A stretch of 64,000 bases of DNA from Spirochaetia bacterium (GTDB taxonomy: Bacteria > Spirochaetota > Spirochaetia > SZUA-6 > Bin103), in NCBI GenBank assembly GCA_965203055.1, contig OZ241863.1, forward strand, positions 2,272,001-2,336,000, read 5' to 3'. The position numbers and the translations under genes are program-made. Positions 50,729-61,376 of this stretch are shown here, piece after piece (positions within the stretch are counted from its first letter, which is position 1; each line of letters opens with the position of its first letter). The notes under the pieces were generated by a model. That model did not search any database. It was given only the letters and a program-made list of their open reading frames with translations, and was not told the DNA's origin.

Positions 50729-51427
50729 TCATAGCGCAAGGTGGCGCTCCACCACCGCGCGGTTGGCCGGCCCCGCGCTCCCCTCGTGCACGATGGTGCC
50801 CTGGTCCATGATGTACACCCGGTCGGCGAGCCGCAGGGCGAAGTCGAGCGACTGCTCCACGAGCAGGATCGACAGCTCGCCCTGCGCCCGGATCTCGCGC
50901 ACCGCCTGTTCGATCTCACTGACGATCGACGGCTGAATCCCCTCGGTCGGCTCGTCGAGCAGCAGCAGGCGCGGTTGGGTGAGCAGCACCCGGGCCACCG
51001 CCAACTGCTGCTGCTGGCCGCCGCTCAGGTCGCCGCCGCGGCGCGGCAGCATGTCGGTCAACTCCGGGAACAGCTCCAGCACCCAGGCCGGCGCCCGGCT
51101 GCGCGCGCCGCCGCGCGCCTCCAGCCCCAGAAACAGGTTTTCGGCCACCGTCAGAAAGGGGAAGATCTCGCGCCCCTGGGGAACGTAGCCGATCCCGGCG
51201 CGGGAGCGGCGGTCGGCGCGCCATCCGGTGACCTCGCCGCCGTTGAAGGCGATGCTGCCCGCGCGCGCCTCCAGGATGCCCACCAGCGTCTTCATGAGCG
51301 TCGACTTGCCGACCCCGTTGCGGCCCATCACCGCCACCACCTCGCCGGCCGCCACCTGCAGATCGAGGTCGCGCACCACGATGGAACTGCCGTAGCCGGC
51401 CTGCAGGCCGCGCGTTTCAAGCAGCAT
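50729..51427 (-). CDS. urtE: Urea ABC transporter ATPase UrtE
   Basis: GRNGVGKS, VPQGREIF, LSGGQQQQL and DEPTEGIQP. Confidence 0.9.
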   Translation of the reverse strand: MLLETRGLQAGYGSSIVVRDLDLQVAAGEVVAVMGRNGVGKSTLMKTLVGILEARAGSIAFNGGEVTGWRADRRSRAGIGYVPQGREIFPFLTVAENLFLGLEARGGARSRAPAWVLELFPELTDMLPRRGGDLSGGQQQQLAVARVLLTQPRLLLLDEPTEGIQPSIVSEIEQAVREIRAQGELSILLVEQSLDFALRLADRVYIMDQGTIVHEGSAGPANRAVVERHLAL

Positions 51428-52181
51428 CGCCGCCGCCCGCCCCGCGCCCGAGATAGACGTCGATCACGGTGGGGTCCCGCTTGACGGTGGCGAAGTCGCC
51501 CTCGCAGATCACCTGGCCGGCGTGCAGCACGGTCACCAGGCTGGAGAAGCGGCCCACGAACTGCATGTCGTGCTCCACCACCACCACCGAGCGCTGCGCG
51601 GCGATAGCCTCCAGAATCGTTCCGGTGCGCTCCCGCTCGGCCGCGGTCATGCCGGCCACCGGCTCATCCACCAGCAGCAGCTCCGGGTCGCGGACGATCG
51701 CCATGCCCAGCTCCAGCCACTGCTTCTCGCCGTGCGCCAGGGCGCCGGCCACGGTGCGGCGCCGGTCTTTCAGCCCCACCAGCTCCAGCACTTCGGCGCT
51801 GCGCCGGCGCGCGGCGCGGCCCGCCTCCCGGAAGGTGGCGGCGAGGAACCCGCGCGGCACTTCGGCGGCGAGATCCATGTTCTGGTCGACGGTGAGACTG
51901 TCGAACACCGACGGCGCCTGAAACTTGCGGCTGATGCCGAGCCGCGCGATGGCGTGCTCATCGTGGGCCAGGAGGTCGATCCGGTTGGCGAACTGCACCC
52001 GCCCCGACACCGGCTTGACCTTGCCGCAGATCACGTCCAGCAGGGTGGTCTTGCCGGCGCCGTTGGGACCGATCAGGAAGCGCAGCTCCCCCGTGCGGAC
52101 GATCAGGTTGACGTGTTGCAGGGCCTTGAAGCCGTCGAAGTCCACGGTTACCGATTCCACGTACAGGATGTCGTTCAACAT
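51417..52181 (-). CDS. urtD: Urea ABC transporter ATPase UrtD
   Basis: FDGFKAL, GPNGAGKT, HGEKQWLE and DEPVAGM. Confidence 0.9.
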   Translation of the reverse strand: MLNDILYVESVTVDFDGFKALQHVNLIVRTGELRFLIGPNGAGKTTLLDVICGKVKPVSGRVQFANRIDLLAHDEHAIARLGISRKFQAPSVFDSLTVDQNMDLAAEVPRGFLAATFREAGRAARRRSAEVLELVGLKDRRRTVAGALAHGEKQWLELGMAIVRDPELLLVDEPVAGMTAAERERTGTILEAIAAQRSVVVVEHDMQFVGRFSSLVTVLHAGQVICEGDFATVKRDPTVIDVYLGRGAGGGDAA

Positions 52182-53314
52182 TTGCGCGCTCCCTCCCCGG
52201 CGGCGCCGCGCCGGCCCGCGGCAGGCGGCGCCGGCTGCGGCCCCGGTCCCGCGCGCCGCGCCCGCAGCGAACGCAGCGCCGGCGCCTGCCGGAGCTGCCC
52301 CAGGATGCCGGCCAGCCCGCGCGGGAACAGCAGCACCACCCCGATGAACAGCGCGCCGAACAGGTAGAGCCACACTTCGGGCAGCGATTCGCTGAACGCG
52401 GTCTTGGCCCAGTTGACCGCCACCGCGCCGGCCGCGGCGCCGGCGATGGTGCCGCGCCCCCCGACCGCCACCCAGATTGCCATTTCCACCGACGGCAGGA
52501 TGCCCATCGAGGAGGGGCTGATGATCCCCACCTGGGGCACGAACAGCGCGCCGGCGAAGCCGGCAATCGCGGCCGACAGGGCGAAGATCACCAACTTGTA
52601 GCGCACCGGATCGTAGCCTAGAAAGCGCAGCCGGTTCTCCCCGTCGCGAATCGCCAGCAGCACGGTGCCGGTCTTGGTACGCACCAGCCAGCGCGCCAGC
52701 GCGATCACCCCGAGCAGCGTGGCCGCGGTGATCAGATACAGCGCCAGCCGTACCCCGGAACCATACAGCGAGACGCCGGCGACGGAGTGAAAGTTGGTCA
52801 TGCCGTTGGTGCCGCCGGTGAACGGCTGCTGGCCGATGAACAGGATCATCATCGCCAGCGCCAGCGCCTGGGTGAGAATCGAGAAGTACACCCCGCGAAT
52901 GCCGGCGCGAAAGGTGGGATAGCCGACGATGACCGCGAACAGCGCCGGGATCAGCACCGCCATCGGCAGCGCCACCGCGAAGTGGCGAAACGGCTCCCAG
53001 AACCAGGGGAGCTGCTCCAGGCCGCTCCACACCATGAAGTCGGGCAGCGCTTCCGACTGCAGCTTCATGTGCATCGCCATGCTGTAGGCGCCCAGGCTGA
53101 AGAACACGCCGTGCCCGAGGCTCAACACGCCGGCGTAGCCCCACAACAGGTCGAGCCCCACCGCGGCGACCGCGAACGCCAGGTACTTCCCGACCAGCGC
53201 GAGGCGGAAGTCGGACAGCAGCAGCGGCAGGAGCAACAGGAGCGCCGCCGCCAGCAGGTAGCCGGCGCCCGCCGCGCGCCCCTGCGCCAGCCGCGCCAGC
53301 CGCGCCGGGATCAT
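52175..53314 (-). CDS. urtC: Urea ABC transporter permease UrtC
   Basis: WGYAGVLSLGHG, LPDFM, GVYFSILTQA and AVGGRGT. Confidence 0.9.
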   Translation of the reverse strand: MIPARLARLAQGRAAGAGYLLAAALLLLLPLLLSDFRLALVGKYLAFAVAAVGLDLLWGYAGVLSLGHGVFFSLGAYSMAMHMKLQSEALPDFMVWSGLEQLPWFWEPFRHFAVALPMAVLIPALFAVIVGYPTFRAGIRGVYFSILTQALALAMMILFIGQQPFTGGTNGMTNFHSVAGVSLYGSGVRLALYLITAATLLGVIALARWLVRTKTGTVLLAIRDGENRLRFLGYDPVRYKLVIFALSAAIAGFAGALFVPQVGIISPSSMGILPSVEMAIWVAVGGRGTIAGAAAGAVAVNWAKTAFSESLPEVWLYLFGALFIGVVLLFPRGLAGILGQLRQAPALRSLRARRAGPGPQPAPPAAGRRGAAGEGARKC

Positions 53315-54219
53315 CGCTGCCCCTCCAGGGCGCGGGTGCGCAGCGCCAGCAGCCCGGCGGGCCGGTACTGCAGGAACACCACGATCAGGGCGAAGATGAT
53401 CACCTTGCCCATCGACGAGGTGGTGATGAATTCGAACAGCGGGCTGGCCGCGCCGATCAACACGGCGCCGGCCACCGAGCCGGCAATCGAGCCGACGCCG
53501 CCGAGCACCACCACCATGAAGGAGTCGATGATCCAGTTCTGGCCGGTCGCCGGACCGACCGAGCCGAGCAGACTCACCACGCAGCCGGCGATGCCCGCCA
53601 GCCCGCTTCCCAGGGCGAAGGTGCGCGCGTCCACCGCCGCGGTGTTGATGCCCAGGGCCGCGGCCATCGGGCGGTTCTGCATCACGGCGCGCATGCTGCA
53701 GCCGGCGCGGGTCCGGTTCAGGAACAGGTAGGTGCCCAGCACGCACGTCAGCGCCGCGCCGATGATGAACAGCCGGTTGGCCGGGAGCTGCACGCCGTCG
53801 GCCAGCGCCAGACCGCCCTGCAGCCAGTCCGGGGTGCGCACCTCCACGTTGGCGGCGCCGAACACGTTGCGGGCGAGTTGCTGCAGGATGAGACTCAGGC
53901 CCCAGGTCGCCAGGATGCTCTCGAACGGGCGCCCGTAGAGGAAGCGGATCAGCGAGCGCTCGGTAAGGAAGCCGAGCCCCGCGGTGACCAGGAACGCCAG
54001 CGCCAGCGCCACCGGGTACCAGGCCCCGCCCAGCGGATCGTGGAGCCAGCGGTCCACCACGTAGGTGACGTAGGCGCCGACCATCACGAACTCGCCGTGC
54101 GCGAAGTTGATCACGCCCATGATTCCGAAGGTGATGCTCAGCCCCAGCGCCACCATCAGCAGCACGCTGCTGATGCTGAGGCTGTTGAAGAGCTGCATCG
54201 CGGTAGTGGTCAGGGTCAC
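53311..54219 (-). CDS. urtB: Urea ABC transporter permease UrtB
   Basis: TFGIMGVINFAHGE, LYGRP and DSFMVVVLGGVG. Confidence 0.9.
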   Translation of the reverse strand: MTLTTTAMQLFNSLSISSVLLMVALGLSITFGIMGVINFAHGEFVMVGAYVTYVVDRWLHDPLGGAWYPVALALAFLVTAGLGFLTERSLIRFLYGRPFESILATWGLSLILQQLARNVFGAANVEVRTPDWLQGGLALADGVQLPANRLFIIGAALTCVLGTYLFLNRTRAGCSMRAVMQNRPMAAALGINTAAVDARTFALGSGLAGIAGCVVSLLGSVGPATGQNWIIDSFMVVVLGGVGSIAGSVAGAVLIGAASPLFEFITTSSMGKVIIFALIVVFLQYRPAGLLALRTRALEGQR

Positions 54220-54313
54220 CGTGCCTTCCTTGCCGTGCCGGCGGCGCCGGCCGCCGGGGCACCCGGAGAGGCGCTCCCGGCAGCCCGGCGCCGCCGCAAC
54301 TATTCTAGCGCTG

Positions 54314-55540
54314 TCAGCCGCGCGGCCCCAGCACTCCGGGCTCGATCACGTCTTCGTCAGGCGAAATCAGCTCCGGATAGGGATCGGGCCGCACCGGCTC
54401 GCCGGTGGACCACAGAATGTCGAACTGGCCCTCGGCGTCCACCTTTCCGATCTGGACGATCTTCCAGGTGTGGTTGTTGACCGGGTCGATCTTGACCATC
54501 CCCTCGGGGGCCTCGTACTCGACGCCGCGCAGCGCCAGGCGCACCTCCGCGGTGTCGGCGGTGCCCGCCTTCTTGACCGCTTCCGCCCACAGGTAGACCC
54601 CGAAGTAGCCCGCCTCGATCGGATCGTCGGTCACCCGCTCGGCGCCGTAGGCCGCCTTGTACCGCTCCACGAAACCGGCGTTCATCGGGCTGTCCATGCT
54701 CTGGAAGTAGTTCCAGGCCGCCAGGTGCCCTTCGATGAACTCGGCGCCGATGCCCTTGATCTCCTCTTCGGCAACGCTCACCGACATCACCGGAATGTCG
54801 TCCGGGCCGATGCCCGCGGCCTTGAGCTGCTTGAAGAAGGCCACGTTGCTGTCGCCGTTCAGGGTGTTGAAGATCACGTCCGGGGCCGCGGCGCGAATCT
54901 TGTTGATCACCGTGGCGTACTCGGTATGGCCGAGCGGCGTGTACTCCTCCGCCACCGTGGTGCCGCCCTCCGCCTCGAGTTGGATCTTGATGATCTTGTT
55001 GGCGGTGCGCGGAAACACGTAGTCGGAGCCCAGCAGGAAGAATTTGGTGCCCTTCTCCTGCAGCAGCCACGACACCGCGGGCATGATCTGCTGATTGGGC
55101 GCCGCGCCGGTGTAGATGATGTTCTTGGAAGCCTCCAGCCCTTCGTACTGCACCGGATAGAACAGCAGATGGTCAAGACCCTCGAACACCGGCAGCACCG
55201 CCTTGCGGCTGGCCGAGGTCCAGCAGCCGAACACCACCTGGACCTGATCGCGTTCGATCAGCTTGCGCGCCTTCTCGGCGAACGTGGGCCAGTCGGAGGC
55301 GCCGTCTTCGATGATCGGCACGATCTGCTTGCCGAGCAGCCCGCCGGCGGCGTTGATCTCGTTGATCGCCATGATGGTGGCGTCCTTTACCGCTACCTCG
55401 CTGATCGACATGGTGCCGCTCAGCGAATGCAGGACGCCGACTTTGATGACGTCGCCCGCTTCGTCCTCACCGCCGGCGAATGCGATGCAGGGCAGAAGCA
55501 GGGCGACACAAACCAGGAGCGGAGCTCGCAGGTTACGCAT
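54314..55540 (-). CDS. urtA: Urea ABC transporter substrate-binding protein UrtA
   Basis: [29 protein letters not shown] and [16 protein letters not shown]. Confidence 0.93.
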   Translation of the reverse strand: MRNLRAPLLVCVALLLPCIAFAGGEDEAGDVIKVGVLHSLSGTMSISEVAVKDATIMAINEINAAGGLLGKQIVPIIEDGASDWPTFAEKARKLIERDQVQVVFGCWTSASRKAVLPVFEGLDHLLFYPVQYEGLEASKNIIYTGAAPNQQIMPAVSWLLQEKGTKFFLLGSDYVFPRTANKIIKIQLEAEGGTTVAEEYTPLGHTEYATVINKIRAAAPDVIFNTLNGDSNVAFFKQLKAAGIGPDDIPVMSVSVAEEEIKGIGAEFIEGHLAAWNYFQSMDSPMNAGFVERYKAAYGAERVTDDPIEAGYFGVYLWAEAVKKAGTADTAEVRLALRGVEYEAPEGMVKIDPVNNHTWKIVQIGKVDAEGQFDILWSTGEPVRPDPYPELISPDEDVIEPGVLGPRG

Positions 55541-55601
55541 AATAGGTGTTCCTCCCAAGGGGTAGTAAGGTGTCAGGGTGAGGTCCCTTGCCTATCCTTG
55601 A

Positions 55602-55618
55602 AGCAAGCTCCGTGCCAA
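55602..55618 (-). promoter_or_regulatory. Sigma54 (-24/-12) promoter of the urt-ure operon
   Basis: The minus strand reads TTGGCACGGAGCTTGCT, matching YTGGCACGRNNNTTGCW, about 60 bp upstream of urtA. Confidence 0.85.
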
Positions 55619-55711
55619 CCGCGCAGGTGCTCCCCGTGCGGCGCAGTCAGCGTGCGGGCGGCGCAATGGGGTACATTTTCGTATGACGGCGCGTCGATTG
55701 CTACCTGAATG

Positions 55712-56707
55712 TCAGATCCTGTCGGCGATGATACCGGACGGTCGCCAGTACCGCTCCTGCAGCGCGCCCTGGGCGGCTCCGGGCGAACAGGAACGCAGCA
55801 CACCCCGCAGCGCCTCCAGGTCGCCGAACAGCGCCCGTACCTGAGACTGGTAGCAGCCGATGGCGCTGACCTTGGCCGCGAATACCGCCGCGGTGTCGAT
55901 CAGCTCCGGGGTCATGGTGAGCCACGCGCGGCGCCGCGCGCCGGCGCGCGCGCGGGCGAACCGGGCGGCGAGCAGCGCGAACAGCAGGAGCCGGGCGGCG
56001 CCGGCGGCGCGCAGGTGACGGCCGAGCTGGGGGGCCGCCAGCAGCGCGGCCTGGGCGGCGCGGGCGCGGGCCAGCGCTGACCGCGCCGGCGCGGGCCGTG
56101 CCGGCGGCGTGGCCGGAGCGCGGATCCCGACCTGTTCGAACCGCTGCGCCAACAGATGGGGGATGCACACGTAGGGCGTATCCTCGTAGAATAGCATACC
56201 GCACGGCTGGCCGGACTCGATCCGCCGCCGCTCAAGGCCGACTGCGGACACCAACTGATGGTCCACGTGGTTACCGATTCCGAGGGGAAAGTAGAGTGTC
56301 GCGGCCGGATGCCGGCGGCTCACCTGCGCCATGGAGGCGGCTACCCGGGCCTGCAGCGGCGCTTCGCGCCGCGCCCGCGGCCGGGTGATGGCGGCCAGCG
56401 ACGCATACCGGCGGTGGCGCTGGATGGCGTCCGGGTAGTCGAGCCAGCAGTGGTCGGCGCCGAGCGCGGCGAGCGCGCGGCGATCTTCCCCGCGGCGCGC
56501 GGCAACGTCCCGGAACGGGTCCCAGGCCTGGGAGCGGGCAGGCGGCGGCGGCGCCTGCCGCGCGGCGCCGGCAAAGATGGTCACCACCAGCACCCGGTGA
56601 CCGGCGCCGGTCTGGCGGGCAATGCGCCCGGCGCAGGACAGGACCACGTCGTCCAGGTGCGGCGAGAAGTAGACGTGCCGGTAGTCGCCGGCCCCGGGCT
56701 GCCCCAC
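55712..56707 (-). CDS. PIG-L/LmbE-family deacetylase
   Basis: SPHLDD, RRGED, GNHVDH, FYEDTPY and YQSQ. The start is inferred. Confidence 0.85.
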   Translation of the reverse strand: MGQPGAGDYRHVYFSPHLDDVVLSCAGRIARQTGAGHRVLVVTIFAGAARQAPPPPARSQAWDPFRDVAARRGEDRRALAALGADHCWLDYPDAIQRHRRYASLAAITRPRARREAPLQARVAASMAQVSRRHPAATLYFPLGIGNHVDHQLVSAVGLERRRIESGQPCGMLFYEDTPYVCIPHLLAQRFEQVGIRAPATPPARPAPARSALARARAAQAALLAAPQLGRHLRAAGAARLLLFALLAARFARARAGARRRAWLTMTPELIDTAAVFAAKVSAIGCYQSQVRALFGDLEALRGVLRSCSPGAAQGALQERYWRPSGIIADRI

Positions 56708-56816
56708 CCCGCCAGTGTGAACGCGGGGGGCGCGCCGCGGCAACCGGGGCCCAGGCCGCCGCGCGCCGCCGCCGGGCTCTCGGCAGCACGCCGCAGTACA
56801 GGATAGGCTGGACGCC

Positions 56817-58082
56817 GTGACGGTCTGTATCGTGACCCTGGGCACGCTGGGAGACGTGCTGCCCTTGTGCGCGTTGGGCGCCGGGTTGACGCGCGCAGGT
56901 CATCAGGTGCGCGTCGCTACCCATGACCACTACCGCGCCTACGTGCTGGGGTACGGACTGGAACACTCGGCCATGCCGCTCGATCCGGTGGCCCTGTTCA
57001 GCGGCGACCGCGGCAACTTCTGGCTGGCGTCGCGCAACAACCCGGTGCGCTTCATGGCGGGGCTGGTGCGGGCGGCGCGGCCGGCCATCCCGCGGCTGGT
57101 AGACGCGGCCCGCGCGGCCTGCCGGAACGCCGACGCGATGCTGTTTACCCCGCTGGGAATGATAGCTCATCACGTTGGCGAGAAGCTCGGCATTCCGGCA
57201 TTCCTCGCGTCGCTGCAGCCGATCATGCCGACCAACCGGTTCCCCAGCGTGCTGGCGCCGGCGCAGGTGCGCCTGGGCGGCGGCTACAACCGGATGAGCC
57301 ACCTGGCTACCGAGCAGGCGTTCTGGCAGCCGTGGCGGCGCGCCTTCAACCGCACGCGCCGCGAGGTGCTCGACCTGCCGCCGCTGCCCTGGAGCGGCAT
57401 CGGCCCGGAACTGCGCCGCCGGCGCACGCCGCACCTGTATGGCTTCAGCTCCGCGGTGGTGCCGCGGCCGCCCGATTGGCCGGCCTGGGCCCACGTGACC
57501 GGCTACTGGTTTCCCGCCACGCGCCGCCTGTGGCCGGTGCCGGCCGAGCTGGAGGAGTTTCTGGCCGCCGGGCCGGCGCCGGTATGCGTCGGGTTCAGCA
57601 GCCTCAAGGTAGCGGATCCGCGCGCGCTGACGGCGACCGTGGTCGCCGCGCTGCGCCGCGCCGGCCGGCGCGGCGTGCTGCTGCAGGGTTGGGGCGCGCT
57701 GCAGCCGGGCCGCCACGGCAAGGACATGCTGGTGCTCGATTCGGCGCCCCACGAGTACCTGTTCGAACGGGTGGCGGCGGTGGTGCACCCCGGCGGCGCG
57801 GGCACCAGCGCCGCGTCCCTGCGCGCCGGCGTGCCTTCGGTGGTGGTGCCGGGTTTCGCCGACCAGTTCTTCTGGGCGCGGCGGCTGACCGAGCTGGGGG
57901 TGGCGCCGCCGCCGCTCAGGTGGCGGACGCTGAGCCCCGACCGGCTCGGCTCGGCGATTGCGCTGGCCGCGGGCAACGCCGCCATGCGCCGCGCGGCCCG
58001 CGCCGCCCGCGCCCGGATTCGCGCCGAGGATGGAGTGAACCGCGCCGTCACTGCCATCGAACGGTACCTGGCAGCGGCCTGA
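56817..58082 (+). CDS. GT1 glycosyltransferase, paralog of 22091-23377
   Basis: GTLGDVLP, LYGFS, VTGYWF, HPGGAGT and ADQFFW. Confidence 0.88.
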   Translation: MTVCIVTLGTLGDVLPLCALGAGLTRAGHQVRVATHDHYRAYVLGYGLEHSAMPLDPVALFSGDRGNFWLASRNNPVRFMAGLVRAARPAIPRLVDAARAACRNADAMLFTPLGMIAHHVGEKLGIPAFLASLQPIMPTNRFPSVLAPAQVRLGGGYNRMSHLATEQAFWQPWRRAFNRTRREVLDLPPLPWSGIGPELRRRRTPHLYGFSSAVVPRPPDWPAWAHVTGYWFPATRRLWPVPAELEEFLAAGPAPVCVGFSSLKVADPRALTATVVAALRRAGRRGVLLQGWGALQPGRHGKDMLVLDSAPHEYLFERVAAVVHPGGAGTSAASLRAGVPSVVVPGFADQFFWARRLTELGVAPPPLRWRTLSPDRLGSAIALAAGNAAMRRAARAARARIRAEDGVNRAVTAIERYLAAA

Positions 58083-58114
58083 CCCTGGGTGCGGCGCGTC
58101 CTGACCGGCCTCCT

Positions 58115-58882
58115 TCAGGCGCGCCGGTCGCTCCGATCTCCCTGCAGATCCAAGGTCACCAGCTTGAGGTGCCATGGTTCGCCGGTGATCCGCGTCCACA
58201 GCGAGAACCGGCGCTTGTCGGCCACCCGGCACCCGTACAAGGTCCGGATCCGCCCGGATATGAAGTCTTGCTCACCCGGCTCGGCGATCTGACCGTGCAG
58301 GCCGCGCACGCCGCGGGCGCGCAGATCGCGGATCAGCGCGTCGCCGAGGCGTACCATGCACCCGTAGAAGGCCAGCTTCCGGGTGCGCAAGGCGGGGTCC
58401 ACGCCGAGATGGACGTGGGCCGGGAACTGCCGCAGATCCGCTCCCGGGAGCTCGCGCCAGGCCCGCGCCGCGGCCCACCACAGGGTGCGGTAGGTATTCA
58501 GCCGGCGGTAGCGGGCGGTGACCAGCCGCAGCAGCAGGCGCGCGAGCAGTCGCGGTCCGTAGCGGAACAGCAGCACCCGCTGATAGCGGCGCGTGTCCTT
58601 GCAGCCCATGATGTAGCCCACCACCCGCCCCCCGCTCTCGGCGACGAAGCAGGATTCCGGTTCATAGCTCAGGTAGTAGTCCATGAACAGCGCCAGCACG
58701 ATCCGTTCATCTTCGAAGAACGCGGCGAGCGGCTGCCCGCGCAGCGCCGTAGCGCAGATGATGCGGCTGATGGCGGCGCGGTCGCGGCGCCGAAAGGGGC
58801 GGATGCGCAGCCGCTGCCCGGCGGGGGCGGCGGAGGCGCGCCGGTCCTGCTGCCAGACGCGCTCGGGGGAACGGCGGCTCAT
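58115..58882 (-). CDS. GNAT-family acyltransferase
   Basis: IRPFRRRDRAAI..I, YEPESCFVAE..GRVVGY and PAHVHLGVDP. Confidence 0.7.
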   Translation of the reverse strand: MSRRSPERVWQQDRRASAAPAGQRLRIRPFRRRDRAAISRIICATALRGQPLAAFFEDERIVLALFMDYYLSYEPESCFVAESGGRVVGYIMGCKDTRRYQRVLLFRYGPRLLARLLLRLVTARYRRLNTYRTLWWAAARAWRELPGADLRQFPAHVHLGVDPALRTRKLAFYGCMVRLGDALIRDLRARGVRGLHGQIAEPGEQDFISGRIRTLYGCRVADKRRFSLWTRITGEPWHLKLVTLDLQGDRSDRRA

Positions 58883-58967
58883 GGCGCCCCCTACCATACC
58901 ATTGCATCCTGCGGCGGGCCGGCGCCGGCCGCCGCCCCGCCGGCGGTGACGCGCCGGTGACGCGCCG

Positions 58968-61376
58968 ATGACGGCGGCGCCGGCCCGGGGCCCGGCGGCA
59001 GCGGAATTGCTGTTCCGGCGCTACGCCCGGTTCGTGGCGCGCCGCGGAGTGGCGGTGGCGGCGGCGCTGGCAGTGGTGACCTGCGCCAGCATCTGGCTGC
59101 TGCCCAAACTCCGGGTCGACGCCGACATCGCGGCGCTGCTGCCGCGCGACTCGCAGACCCGGCGCCTGATCGACAAGTACGCCGCGCCCGCGGCCAGCGA
59201 ACTGTTGCTGATCGGGGTCAGCCATCCCGAGCTGTTGGCGCCGGCGCGGCTGGCGCAGGTGGCCGAGATCGATCGCCTGGTGCGCGCTCAGCCGGAGGTG
59301 CTGGACGCTCTGACGCCGTTCAACCTGCGTACCTTCCAGCGCCGGCGGGGGCGGCTGCTGCTGGCGCCGCTGGCGCCGGGCGGGACGGCGCCGGCCGGCG
59401 CCGAGGAGTTGGCCCGCTGGCGCGCCCGGCTCGACGCCGCGCCGCCGGACCGGCAGGCGCTGTTCAACCCGCAGGAGCCGGCGTTCAACCTGATCTACTC
59501 GGTGGCGACGCAGGATGACTACGGCGCGTTCCTGCGGCGGGTACGCGCCATCCTGGCGGCCGGCGGCGGGGAGCTGTCCACCGTCCTGGGCGGTTGGCTG
59601 CCGCTGTACGAGGAAAGCCGAACTGCCATTACCGGCGAGCTGCCGCTGCTGGCCGGAGCCGCGGCGCTGATCACCCTGCTGGTGTTTCTGCTGAGCTTCG
59701 CCGCCCTGCGCGCCGTGGTGCTGCCGCTGCTGGCGATCGCCGCGGGGCTGCTGTGGACGTTTGGCCTGATGGCGCTCACCGGGGTCCCGGTGAGCATGGC
59801 CAGTCTGATGCTGCCGCCGCTGATCTTCGCGCTTGGCAGCTCCTACAGCATCCACTTCCTGCACCGCTACTTCAGCGCGCCGCCGGCGGCCGACCCCGGG
59901 GGACGCATCGGCGCGGCGCCGCCGGAGCGGGTCGAAGCGGTGGCGCGGGTGAGCGGCGCCGCGGCGCAAACCATCGTGCTGGCCGCCCTCACCACCGCCG
60001 CGGGCTCCGCCAGCCTGCTGTTCAGCGGCATGGCGCGGCTGCGCGAGTTCGGCCTGTTCGCGGCCGTGGGCATCGTGAACTGCGCCGCGGCCGCCCTGCT
60101 GCTCTACCCGGCGGTGCTGGCGCGCCTGCCGCTGCCGGAAGCGCGCCGGCGCCGGCGGCTGACCCGCGGCGCGCTGGCGCGCTTCGTGACCCGCCTGACC
60201 GCGCTGGTGCCGCGCCGGCGGTGGTGGGTGTACGGGTTCCTGGCGCTGATGGCGGCGGCGCTGGCGGCGACCGCGGCCGGTCTGCGCTATCAGACCGACG
60301 TCGCCGCGTTCTTCCGCGGCAGCGTGGCCGCGGTGGAGGACAACCGCCTGCTGATGCGCCGCTTCGGCAGCTACGTGGACCTGAACCTGACCGTCACCGC
60401 GCCGGCGGGGTTGCCGGACCGCGAGCTGCTCGGCCAGCTCGCGCGCTTCGAGGAAGCGGCGCGGGGCCATCCCCACGTCAGCCACGTCACCGCGGTCACG
60501 GCCTATCTGAGGTCCCTCAATCATGCGCTCACCGGGAACCTCGACTATCCGCGCAACCCGGCGGTAGTGCACCTGTTTCAGCGCCTGCTGCGGCTCGGCG
60601 CGGCCACCGGCAGCGGCCTGGGGGGGCTGATCGACACCGCCCGCGGCCACCTCACCACGCGCATCTGGATCCGCGACGACGCCACCCGGTGGCTGCTCTC
60701 CGAGCGCGACATGCGCGAGCTGGCGCAGTACCTGCGCCGGCAGGCCGCGGCGGCATTCCCGCCCGAACGGGAACCGGAGTTGTGGGGGTGGAGTCTGGTC
60801 ACCCTGCGGGTAGCGGAGATCCTCACCCGCGAGCAGCTCCTGTCCACCGCTACCGCCGCCCTGCTGGTGCTGCTCATCACCAGCGCCGCCTTCCGCTCGC
60901 TGCGCTACGGATTGCTCGCCCTGCTGCCCCTGGGAACCGCGGTCATGCTCACCTTCATCCTGATGGCGCTGTTCGGAATACCGCTGGACGTGCTCACGGT
61001 GAGCTTTGCCGGGGTCGCGGTCGGGGTGGGGGTCGATGACTCGATTCACTTCCTGCTGCACTACCGGCGGACCCGCCGCGCCGCGCCCGCGGCCGCGCCG
61101 GAGGCCGCGGTGGCGGCCACCATGCAGCACACCGGGCGCGCGATTCTGATCACCACCGCCGCCATCGTCGCCGGCCTGCTGGCGCTGGCGGTCTCCCGCT
61201 TCCTGCCGGTGGTGTACCTCGGAGCGCTGATCTCGATGACGCTGATCGGAGCCACCTTCGGCACCCTGGTGCTGCTGCCCGCGCTGCTCGCCACCCGGCG
61301 GGATGCGGTCTCCGTCCGCCGCCGCGCCCGGCTCGTCGCGCGCCCGCGCCGGCCCCCGGACGAGGAACCGGCATGA
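58968..61376 (+). CDS. MMPL/RND-family lipid transporter, paralog of 19507-21867
   Basis: TPFNLRTF, LGSSYSIH and GVGVDDSIH; two blocks of transmembrane helices. Confidence 0.85.
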   Translation: MTAAPARGPAAAELLFRRYARFVARRGVAVAAALAVVTCASIWLLPKLRVDADIAALLPRDSQTRRLIDKYAAPAASELLLIGVSHPELLAPARLAQVAEIDRLVRAQPEVLDALTPFNLRTFQRRRGRLLLAPLAPGGTAPAGAEELARWRARLDAAPPDRQALFNPQEPAFNLIYSVATQDDYGAFLRRVRAILAAGGGELSTVLGGWLPLYEESRTAITGELPLLAGAAALITLLVFLLSFAALRAVVLPLLAIAAGLLWTFGLMALTGVPVSMASLMLPPLIFALGSSYSIHFLHRYFSAPPAADPGGRIGAAPPERVEAVARVSGAAAQTIVLAALTTAAGSASLLFSGMARLREFGLFAAVGIVNCAAAALLLYPAVLARLPLPEARRRRRLTRGALARFVTRLTALVPRRRWWVYGFLALMAAALAATAAGLRYQTDVAAFFRGSVAAVEDNRLLMRRFGSYVDLNLTVTAPAGLPDRELLGQLARFEEAARGHPHVSHVTAVTAYLRSLNHALTGNLDYPRNPAVVHLFQRLLRLGAATGSGLGGLIDTARGHLTTRIWIRDDATRWLLSERDMRELAQYLRRQAAAAFPPEREPELWGWSLVTLRVAEILTREQLLSTATAALLVLLITSAAFRSLRYGLLALLPLGTAVMLTFILMALFGIPLDVLTVSFAGVAVGVGVDDSIHFLLHYRRTRRAAPAAAPEAAVAATMQHTGRAILITTAAIVAGLLALAVSRFLPVVYLGALISMTLIGATFGTLVLLPALLATRRDAVSVRRRARLVARPRRPPDEEPA

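Noticed and set aside
58941..58975. Short tandem repeat CGGTGACGCGC before the second MMPL gene (similar GAAAGCGCG pair near 21945)
   Set aside because: Only two to three short units in GC-rich DNA, so insufficient support for a function.
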